From: Rhizophagus irregularis
Taxonomy: Eukaryota
DNA: 64,000 nt
Reading direction: 5' to 3'
NCBI RefSeq assembly: GCF_026210795.1
Contig: NC_089429.1
Span: 2,914,001-2,978,000 of the forward strand
In this document: in pieces, positions 54,316 through 64,000 of the stretch
How the letters are laid out: each line of letters opens with the position of its first letter
Numbering within the stretch: position 1 is the first letter of the stretch
The notes under the pieces: model-generated
What the model was told of the DNA's origin: nothing
The model's input: only the letters and a program-made list of their open reading frames with translations
The model's database searches: none
Made by a program: the position numbers and the translations under genes

Positions 54316-54983
54316 TTCTTGCCACGACCCTATCATTACCTTAGAATCAATTATCCATGATGCCGATGTCAACAAGAATCCGCTTTGGATTCTTTCACAA
54401 GATATTTCCAAAGCATTCGATTCAGTCAATCTTACAATGTTACTTTTTGCTCTCAAACGTATACGCCTCCTGCTTCTGCAGTTAAATTTCTCCTTTCACT
54501 TTTTACGAAACACACTAACCGCTCATAGATCTACTCCTGCTTATAGGGTTCACATTGGTATTGACCAAGGTGAAGTTATCTCTCTCCTTCTATGGGTCAT
54601 TTATATTGATCCATTACTTACTGTTTTGAAGAATGAAATGATTGATCCTTATGTTCTTTCTGCACCATCCTTAATTGCATCTCAAGATTTCTCCCTTGAT
54701 TTGCGAATTAACAATTTAGTATTTATGGATGACTCTACTCTTATTTCCTTGTCAAAAGCTGACATGGAATTTATGTTATCCATTACTGAAGAATTTCATA
54801 TGTGCAGATATTAACCCTAACCCCAATTTTTAGGATGTAACCCCAAATGACTATCATTAAATTGACATATGATGATTGATGACACTGATTACGATCATTT
54901 TAATTGGTACAAAAATTATGTTTCACAATAGTTTTTTTAAAAAATAGTTTTACGCGTTGTATTAATTTTTACAAATCGCAAAA

Positions 54984-57236
54984 ATGGAAGAAATTCATAA
55001 TTATCCTTTTGATCCAGTTATTAAGTTTAAGCAGCAAGGACGTAGTTTTTCATATAAAATTATAAAAGAAGGTACATATCCTAATAAAGAATCATTAGTT
55101 TATACTCTTCCTCCGAATAAGTATCGTATTCCTAATAACTATATAGTAGAAACAACCTGGGGTAGAAGTACAAATCAGTGTACTGTTCAATGTCATATTA
55201 ATTATAATGATGGTAAGCCAATCTTTCAAGTCTGGTTTGGAAAATGCTTTGAATATAGAGTTTCTTCAGTAAAAACAGCTACAGATGCTTCAAATTTATT
55301 TCATAAGGTATGTATAATGAAATATTTTGTTGGATTATTTACTTTTTATATAAACTAACTAAAATTTATTTTTTTTATAGCATTATACTTCGCAAAAGGG
55401 AACTAAAACGTCAGGTATTTATTTATTTGGTCTTCAACTTAAAATATTAGATAAAACAAGAGATAGGAAACGATGTGCACATGTGTTAAAGCAAGTTAAT
55501 CAATGTAGCAATACTACTCTTACAAGATGTGCTACATCTATTGGAAAACAATTGTTAACCGAATTTAATGAGAAAGTACCAAAATTTTATAATGTGGAAG
55601 AAATTCCAGTATTGGAAAATATACGTTACTCTGTTAAAAATCGTATCTTTGATATCCATTATGGGGATGAAGACAAGATTAAAAAAAAACAGAAATTGAA
55701 TCAGTGGTTAGAGCATTAGACGAAGGAAACATTTCAAGGAATCCTTATCGACGTTTGTGTGCTATAGAATCTCACCTACCTCGCGAAGGAGTTGTATCTA
55801 AAGAACGTCAAAGAATAAATAAAGAAATGGCTCAGCTTATACCAATATCAATAGTAGATATAAATGCTCAAGTAGATCTATCTGAAGATGAAGATATAGA
55901 GGATGAAAATATAGCACAAGAAATAATTGATGCAGTTGGTAAAGGTGGTCACAGAAATATTAAAGATATTTTGCGATATTTAGTTCCTGATCTTATTCAG
56001 AAAAGAATTTTGAATCCGCATCACCCAGTAATTAATCTTCGGATTTCTGGAGATGGACACAATGTTGGCAGAAAAATCAAACATGTAATGATTACAATGG
56101 CAATTTTGGATGATAAAGATACCTTACATAAACCAAATAGTTATCATACGATCATACTTTACCCAGGATGCGAGAATTATGATTCTTTATCAAATATAAT
56201 GGTGCCATTTTGTCATGATTTAAGAAATCTAAAAGAACAAGGATTAATTATTAATAATATTAGATGGAATTTTCAATTTTGCTTTTCGTCAGATTGGAAG
56301 TTTTTGGCAACTTGCTTAGGTTTTAATGGTGCTCATAGTAAGAACTTTTGTCCTTGGTGTACAATTAGCAAATCACAGCAGGGAGACCTATCAAAAGAAT
56401 GGTCAATTAGTAAGAATATAAATAAACTAGTTGAGAAAAATAATTATTATGAAGGACATACCAGAAAACCTCTTTTTGATATGATACCTCTTGATCACTG
56501 GATTCCTGATGAGTTGCATATAATGTTACGAATTACTGATCGATTGTGGAGTCTTTTGATAGCAGAATTAATGGAACAAAATTTATTTAATGATACTGCA
56601 CGAAAAATTATTATAGATGAAATGAAAAGAATTAAAATTAATTTTCAATTTTGGCAAGATCATGGATCCAAGACATGGAATTATACTTCTCTGATGGGGA
56701 ATGATAAAGTTAAGGTATTGCAATTTTTTGATTTAACAAAAATTCTTTCAATGAGACGTGCTACTATAGTACGAGATTTATGGAACAAATTTTATGAGCT
56801 TTATATAAAAATGAAAGATCCAACAGTGAAAGCTGAAGATTTTAAAAATGATGCAATAAATTGGTTAACTTTATTCTTGACACCATCTGAAGGTATTCCA
56901 AATACTCAGGGATTTAAAAAAGGCTTATATCAACCAGATAATATAACTCCATATATTCATGTGTTGGTTTTTCATATTTCCGAATTTATGGCAATTCACC
57001 AGAAATGGGGATTGAAGGCTTTTTCATGTAGTGGTGTTGAAAAAAAAAATCATGAACAAGTTTCCTATTTTTTTTGTAAGACAATGAAAGATGGTGGTGG
57101 TAAAAAAAATTCTCAATCCTCAGCAATTGTTGAAATTTTACAAAATGAAAATAGAACTCTCTTCTATAATCACAATAATATTCCTTTAAATTACCAAAAT
57201 CCTAAAACAATTCATATCAAAACCCAAAATATTTAG
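54984..57236 (+). pseudogene. RAG1/Transib/Chapaev-like DDE transposase with FYR-like N-terminus; intron 55308-55380; one frameshift near 55690
   Basis: Motifs ISGDG, SSDWKFL, FCPWC, DELHIMLR, TPYIHVLVFH, GVEKKNH. Exon 1 (108 codons) splices in frame. One extra A near 55690 restores QKIESVVRALD. The element begins abruptly at 54798 (CATATGTGCAGATA), where LINE copy B stops. Confidence 0.8.
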
Positions 57237-57607
57237 TATCTTTTATGTATATTGAATATATTGAAATAAGATTGTTATAATAAAGAAAATAAAAAATTAA
57301 AGGTTATAACGAAGTTTTCCTTGAGCTATTAATGGTGCTTTATTAGTAAATTGATGTTCAATCACACACGTACAAATAGAATATTCGCGAAAATGTATCA
57401 TGTCACGCAAAATGATTAAAATTTTTTATTTACATTTGAATTTTTATTCTAGTTTGTAATCACTATCATGTATCGCAATTAATGACTAAAATTAAATCCT
57501 TTTAATTTCTAATGTAAGATGTACATATATCGAAATATAATTTTGTCTTCTATATATTACAAAAATTAAAAAAAATCAATATTTTACATAGATATAAATG
57601 CTTATTT

Positions 57608-58403
57608 TATTGAATCATAGCCTGACTATTAAAAAAATGAAAATAAATGTGTCCTGCTTGAGTAAGATTACCGTTGAAATCACTATTTTTTTGTTGTTTC
57701 CATTCTACCACAAGTTGCCCACGTTCATATCTTGATTTACACTGTTTGGTAACTTGTAAAATAGGGTTTTCATCATCAGATTTAATATTATTATCATCAT
57801 AGAGTACAACGTACTAAGTACGTTGACATTGCTCATAAAATTTAACCCCCATTCTTGCATTTCTAAAATATCAGCTAATATCTGATTTGCTGAAACTCCA
57901 TGAAATATACATTTGTAAATATTTTTCCTAGCCGAATAATAATGTATATGATCCTTAAATACCGCGTAAAATTGACTTTCAGTAGCAGGTATAGAAACCG
58001 TTTGTTTGCCTAATTTTTTATATCCACTTGGCAGTTTTTTATGAATATAATGAACTAAAATACCTTTAAACTGTCGTGTTGTATTTTCAGGCAAAATATC
58101 AAGATCTGAACGCGAAATATTGTATTTTTTAACAATATTATGATGCCTTGTTAATCCACTTTTACTTTTAAACACTTTTCTGCACACATTACACTCGAAT
58201 TTTGAATCACAAGTAGCTGTTGGAGTTATTGGAGGCGAAACAATACCGTTAGAGGCTTCAGATTGAATCATACTGCTTGAAATATAAAGTAAATAATGTA
58301 AATGAATATAGTTTTGAAAAATATTAAGCTCAGTACACTCTATATAATTTACCTTTGGAGGAGATGGGTTTTCTGGTGGGGAGATGGGTTTGACGTGACA
58401 AGT
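57608..58403 (-). pseudogene. C2H2 zinc-finger protein gene, 5'-truncated by LINE sequence, frameshifted near 57845
   Basis: FECNVCRKVFKSKSGLTRHHNIVKKY. Probable intron at about 58276-58352. After the frameshift the frame continues ..GQLVVEWK..AGHIYFHFF..*. Confidence 0.6.
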
Positions 58404-59674
58404 TAGGTGTGATGCATTCAAATAATGGAATGCATCCATCAAGCAATGATAAGTATGAAAGCTTTGAAAGTTGAGTTTGAAGCAAGCGAAAGGGAGTAGA
58501 ATTCAAGAAAGCAATAGTGCATGTGATATAATCCTTTTTAAAAGAAAAAAGAGAAGACCATATAGACCAGTCCTTAATTAATAAGGGCTGATTTGTCTAC
58601 CTTTAATTAAAATATTAATTTTATTACATTTTTATTATACAAAATACTATAAATTGGAAATAAGTATTAAAAAATTTTTATTTAATGTTATTATACTATA
58701 ATTTGGTAAATATTTCTTTTAAATTAATATAATTATTAGCACTTACTATATATGTTAAAAATTTGTATCTCAACTTAAAACGTAAATATCTCCAGATCAC
58801 TCAATCGGCAAGCTCTTTTTTCGTTCATATAGACCAGATCAAAGGCTTTCCAAAGAGCCTAAATTTATAAAAAATGGATCAGTGGATCTCAAGATATTTG
58901 CATTTAAGCATGTTAAAAAGTTCGTACCTCAATCGGCGAGCTCTTTTTTCGCCTATAAAGTCCAGAACAAGGGCTTTCCGACGAGCCTAAAATTATAGAA
59001 TACGGATCAGTGAATCTTGATATATTTGCGTTTAAAGATGGTAATACAAACTCTGACATAAAATAATTATTTTTATTGTTTGAAAATATCTATTATGATA
59101 CCATCTTTTATATGATATTTTTATTATACTTTTATAAACATTTATAGCTACTAAGGCTATATAAATTTTTATTTTACTTTATATTTTATTAAAATATACT
59201 TACTTTTTAATAATATATGTTAAAAATTCCATATATATGAGAAATGGGTTTTTTATTTAGTGAAATGGATTTTTTTACATTTAATAATTTAAGTTTCGCA
59301 AATGTAAATTTTTGTTCAACTTATTATTTAGTCAAGTGATCATCAATCAGATGATTTTTTGGTATTACAAAACAATTTTGAATAACAAAAATTGTGAAAA
59401 TCAATCAATAACTCTTTTTAATGCAGAGTAAACAAATCAGCCCATATGGAAGTAAACGCATTCTAATATAAAAAGAGATTGGATAAAAGAAGAAGAAGAA
59501 TTAGCCATTAAAAATAAATTAATAATATGACATTGTCATTGATGAGCGAACGAATTAATCAAGCCCAAGGTTTGAGATAAAAATAAAATAGGGTTGGGAA
59601 GAAAATGAGAAAAATTAGCTTTATGTTTTACTACAGATCGTATACTTCTTATTATCAGATGACAGTCAGATTCA
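58404..59674 (-). mobile_element. LINE ORF2 fragment (copy A/B family), split by the insertion at 58585-59443
   Basis: Matches about 44415-44800 (LGLINSFAHQ*QCHIINLFLMAN; WSIWSSLFSFKKDYI). Confidence 0.8.
58585..59443. mobile_element. Non-autonomous TIR element, GGGCTGATTTGT(C/T)TAC termini, internal repeats at 58770-59050
   Basis: TIRs at both ends. No clean TSD (ATAA vs ATAT); about 24 nt of host LINE appear missing relative to copy A. Confidence 0.7.
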
Positions 59675-60265
59675 TGTTAGCATAGTTGCTTCTACTTTGG
59701 TTGGAATATATCAAGGGGGAAGATCTGGGTAATGCAATTTTTCTTTTAGATTAATTTTTTACTTTATTTTTTCTTAGGAGATTATATAGTTTTGTTTTTA
59801 GTTAGTTTATTTTTATATATTTTTCTTTTTATTTTTTCTATAAATTGTAAAGTTTGAATAAATTTAATAAAGATAAAGTCTACTATACCATGTTTGCCTA
59901 TAGTAAAATATCGCAGAGAAGTTAGTTTTCTAAAATAAGGAGACGGAGTTGTGGTGTATGTTTGGTGTTTTATTACCCAGGTTTTTCTTATTGCACTTTG
60001 AGTTTTCCTAAGATTTATGTTTTTATTTTTTGCTTTTTGTTTTTTTTGGTCACTTTTTTCGATGTAACCTTATTTTCTTTGGGGTAGGAGGATACTGGAA
60101 AATTTGATCGTCATGGTGGTTTGGTGTTACATTTCAAAATCAATGATCACTCGGGTGATAAGGGGTGACAGGTTGGATACCGCAGTTTTTGTAGTATGCC
60201 AATCAAGGTGAAAAATGAATACCAAAACTATTTTAACATATAATAATAAAAATTAAATAAAAAAC
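59675..60265 (+). mobile_element. Probable 3' end/3' UTR of another non-LTR element
   Basis: Short coding-like end (..VGIYQGGRSG*), G/T-rich tract and A-rich tail at about 60240-60265. No TSD identified. Confidence 0.35.
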
Positions 60266-60323
60266 TTATTTTGATAATATATAATATATATATTTGTACC
60301 AAACTACTAATTATACAAAAAGT

Positions 60324-60502
60324 AAGTCTACCTATGGAGTCAAATAATCACTCGACAGTGCACACGTGGGGTACTACCAGTATGACAAGTGGTTTGTAGT
60401 TTAATTATATTAGAGTAGTTATTAGGAAATTTTACTTTGTATATATTTTTTATTTTTTTTACTTTAATAAAACTGCAAATGCGCTGCGGAAAAAAAAAAA
60501 AA
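60324..60502 (+). mobile_element. 179-bp 5'-truncated retroposed fragment with poly(A) and 15-bp TSD
   Basis: AATTATACAAAAAGT at 60309-60323 and 60503-60517; AATAAA near 60466; A-tract from 60490. Confidence 0.82.
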
Positions 60503-61009
60503 AATTATACAAAAAGTGATATGCACGTATATCAATTAACAATTACTTTCACTAATATCTTTCTGGAATTGTAATGGTGAATTAATTTAACAATATTAAT
60601 TAAACAACTATATGTACACTGTTTTATGTTTTTATTTTTATATTAATATTATATGTTAACATATATTAATTATATTTTTTTTTTACTTTTATGTATTTTA
60701 TTTAATTTTTTTAATATATTACTAACATTACTACTATCGTTTTATTACTTTTTTATATCTAACTAATATATTAATAATATTACTAACTTTTTATTATTTC
60801 TTTTTTATATTTGAAATAATGATAATATTACTAATTAAATTTTCTTTTTTTTTTGTTTATATTTTACTACTATTATTTTTTTTTACAAATAGTATATTAT
60901 TTTATACTAGTTTTTTATTTATATTATTTATAAAAAATATTTGTATATTTAATATTATTTAATAAAAATTTTATTGATTATAAATGCATTTTAAATTCTG
61001 TTTGCAAAT

Positions 61010-61391
61010 ATAAAATATACGATTTAATTGAATTATATATACTATTTATCAGTACAAAATATGCAGTTTAAACTGGAAAAAAGTACTGTTTATCAGTATA
61101 AAATATATGGTTTATCCTGGAAAAGTATACTGTTCGCAATATAAAATATAAAACAATATACTGTTTATTAGTATAAAACATACGGGTTTTCTACTGTTTA
61201 CAAGTATAAAATATACAGGTGAAACTGGAAAAATATACTGTACACAAACCGTATATATGATACAGTGTGCATAATACCGAATATATACAGTATGTGAAAA
61301 TACTGTAATTATACAGTAATAATACTATAAATATACTGTTCGCAAAATATGAAAATACAGTATACTAACCGTATATATATTTTTTATAAGG
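61010..61391. repeat. Subterminal repeat cluster (ATATACTGT / ATATACGGT / TATAAAATATAC) ending at a probable DNA-transposon terminus ...TATAAGG
   Basis: Repeated motifs, with an abrupt junction to LINE RT sequence at 61392. Partner end not found. Confidence 0.5.
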
Positions 61392-64000
61392 TTAACGATA
61401 CCATCTAATACATTAATCAGAGTATTTACGGAGGAGCTAGGTAAACTAGCAAAGTTGTTGCCTTGTAATACATGATGTAAGGAAAGGATGTTGGAAAGTT
61501 AATTATTGATAATCTTAACTAATAATTTCTGAGCAGTTTCCAATAGGGTAATAGGCCGAGTATTTTTCAGTAGGGCATCAAATTCATGAGATTTCAGAAT
61601 AGGAGTAATAGAGGCGGAACGCCAGTCTTCAGGGATGTCAGAAAGGTCAAGGCATCGATTCATAAGCTCACACAAGAACTGAAGAGAAGTATCAGAAAGC
61701 AATTTGAACCATTCATAAGGAATGGAAGAAGGACCAGAAGCTTTATGCGCAGGGGAGGCTGAAATAACTTCACGCAGTTCTGAAATAGAAATATGTGACA
61801 TTACAGAGTCATATAAAGATTCAGAAAACTGTTCTAATGGAGAGTATCTTTTTTGCCATCGCGGAGGAAGAGAGGAAAGAGAATCAAATAGAGAAACAGA
61901 AGGACCAACAATATTTTGAAAATGTGAGATAACAGCATCTTTTATTTCCTCAGGAGCGACCAAAAGTCTAAGACCATCAGGAACATCTACAATAAGGACT
62001 CGATCAAAAATAATACATCATCTTTTTCAGTTTAAAGAGCTGGAGATAAATTTGCCTTTGTTTTCATAGAAATTAATGTTTCTTTCTAAAATAGCTGATT
62101 TCATGGAAGTAGTCTTCAATTTATCAAATTCCAAGGTATTGCTGGCTGAAAGGAACTGCTTTAACTTCTGTAAAGATTTGTGGAATTGAACCAAGAATGC
62201 GATTTGAGGAATTGAAAATTATAGGCAATTGTAATGGATGTGAGAGACTATTGAGAAGACCGGAATGATTGGGAAATAATTTTTGAAGAAACGAGACCAT
62301 GAAGTAGTTAACCTGGAAATGGATGTCAATTTCCGTAAGGACATAATAAAATGGTCAAGACTATAACTCAGATGGATATAGGGCTGCAACTCATGAGGAA
62401 TAGTCTTGAGTTTCATCAAAAAGATAGTTTTCTTTAAAAAATGAGAATGACCGGCAGATAACAAGGCAGTCTTGAACTGGTGCTAAATTTGGTTCAAAGT
62501 TGAGGTATAAGGAAAGGAAAACGTATCAGATAATAAAGAAAAAACTTCTGAAGTAAAAGTATCCTTTTGTCTAGAGTTAGCAGAATAACTTACTGTATAA
62601 ACTAGGCACATGTTGTTCTCTAAATGCAAGAAAATCAAAATGTGCTGTAATTAAAAAGTGATCAGTAGAGAAAATATCCGTCAAATCCGAAACTGAAGAC
62701 CAGAGATGTGGAATGGAAAAAGAAGGAGAGATCCAGATATAATCAAGCCAGGATAAAGAGCCAGAACTGGTAGACCGAAAAGTAAGGGATGGGAGAAGCA
62801 AGGAACGATCAATTTCACATAGATCATTGAATTGTTGTTCATAGAGCATTTTGAATAAAGGGTTCAAGGGAGATGAGCCAGGCTGATTAGCTGATAATTA
62901 CGTCAGGAAGGAATCAAAATCCGCATTAAGATAACCACCAAGAAGAACATTATGATTAGAAGATTGGGCAGAGCGAATCCATGAAATGAGAGTGGAATGA
63001 CAGTCAGCGATAGTTGATTGATTCAAAGAACTGATGGGAGGAATATACCCGCCAATAAGTAAAACATTACATTTTCCTGGGAGCTGGAGGGTTAAACCAA
63101 TCAATCTATCGCTAAAAAATTTCTTTTTGACTATGTACATAGCAAGAGAAGAATGAAGAATAACACCAACACCAGAATGGTGATTGGTAGTAGAAGAATG
63201 TGTAAACTAGGAAGAAAATTATAGGAAGTTAAATAAGTGTCACAAATGTAATGATGAGCAGGGAAACATAAATTAGTTTCAGTTAAAATAATACCATGCA
63301 AAGCATGGGATAAAAGGATTGAAAACAAATCTAATTGTTTGGTTGAGCTAACTAAAGAACGAACATTAAGGGATTCCAACTGTAAAATATTTGATGAAAA
63401 TAAATCAGTAGAATGAGCAGAAGGAGAAATATGAAATGGAAAAGAAGAGGAAGAATTATTATAAAAATTAATACGATCTGAACTATCAGCAGGAATAGGG
63501 TCCTGCTGTACCCTGTTACGAGTGTTGTCACTCATTAAAATAGTTATATAGCATCAAGAATTAATTCCCACCACCCAACTGTTAAACAGCGGGGAAGAAG
63601 GGAGTAATGTTATTATTGGCCAATGCTGCTGTAACTGGGGGAGATAAACCAGATAAACTGTCAAGCCTAGTTAAGATAAAACCAAGTTAAGCGTGTATAT
63701 TTTGCTGTGTAGAAGTAATAGAAACAAGTTCTTTGTTGAAATCAATAGGCTGAGAAGGATTAGAGGCACGTTTGAGTTGCAAAACAGTTGATATAGGAAC
63801 GGTACGTGTCGAAAAGGAAGGATGGTTGAATTTTCATCGTAAGAAAAGGATGTGTCAGGAGAGAGATGCATAAGCACATTTGGTAAAGATGATTGTTGTT
63901 CAGGTGGGGGAGCAGAGCTAGGATTGTCCCAATTGTTCATATCTTCATGCGATTCATACCATAAGTCCGGTTGGTACTAGGAAGAATAATCCTGATTATC
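61392..64000 (-). mobile_element. Decayed LINE of a different subfamily (end of ORF1; ORF2 APE and start of RT from about 63535)
   Basis: SLNVRSL, ILTETN, GGYLNADFD, WLDYIW, STDHFL, KASGPSSIPYEWFK, LKNTRPITLLE, LQGNNFASLP. Frameshifts and stops. Confidence 0.87.

Larger units (their letters stand above)
49519..54797 (+). mobile_element. Decayed LINE copy B (same family as copy A), 5'-truncated in ORF1, interrupted at 52385-54315 and cut at 54797
   Basis: Colinear with the reverse complement of about 48510-45117: VAKLKERFNV, APE motifs, MVFPIPKPHEWKCQLKNT, GIDQGEVIS, FMDD...ITEEF. Confidence 0.9.

Noticed and set aside
54810..54846. TAACCCTAACCCC as an interstitial telomere
   Set aside because: Only two units; more simply subterminal motifs of the transposon.
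55675..55705. Programmed ribosomal frameshift at the A9 run of the transposase
   Set aside because: A single-base deletion or homopolymer sequencing error explains it; no stimulatory structure seen.

Overview
Very AT-rich eukaryotic DNA with short GT-AG introns. Gene and transposon content points to a fungus, most likely an arbuscular mycorrhizal fungus (Glomeromycotina, Rhizophagus-like); this is inference only. One compact island of intact host genes lies at about 11.9-18.3 kb: a Ran1/Pat1-type Ser/Thr kinase, the eIF4A-III/FAL1 DEAD-box helicase, and a PP2C phosphatase carrying an apparent N-terminal HARE-HTH domain. Most of the rest is a deeply nested transposon landscape, and many insertions can be delimited to the base by terminal inverted repeats (TIRs) and target-site duplications (TSDs). 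It includes pogo-like, CACTA-type, hAT-type and MULE-type non-autonomous elements, several carrying internal satellite arrays; decayed hAT, MULE, CACTA and Helitron genes; a Myb/SANT gene next to the CACTA transposase; and several decayed LINEs. The most notable candidates are (1) a near-intact RAG1/Transib/Chapaev-like DDE transposase with an apparent FYR (FYRN/FYRC)-like N-terminus and a convergent C2H2 zinc-finger gene, (2) a complete 1.9-kb ORF1-only (HAL1-like) non-LTR retroelement with a 15-bp TSD and (TAAA)n tail inserted in a LINE, and (3) the HARE-HTH-PP2C fusion. All family and domain calls come from motif recognition by eye; no searches were run.
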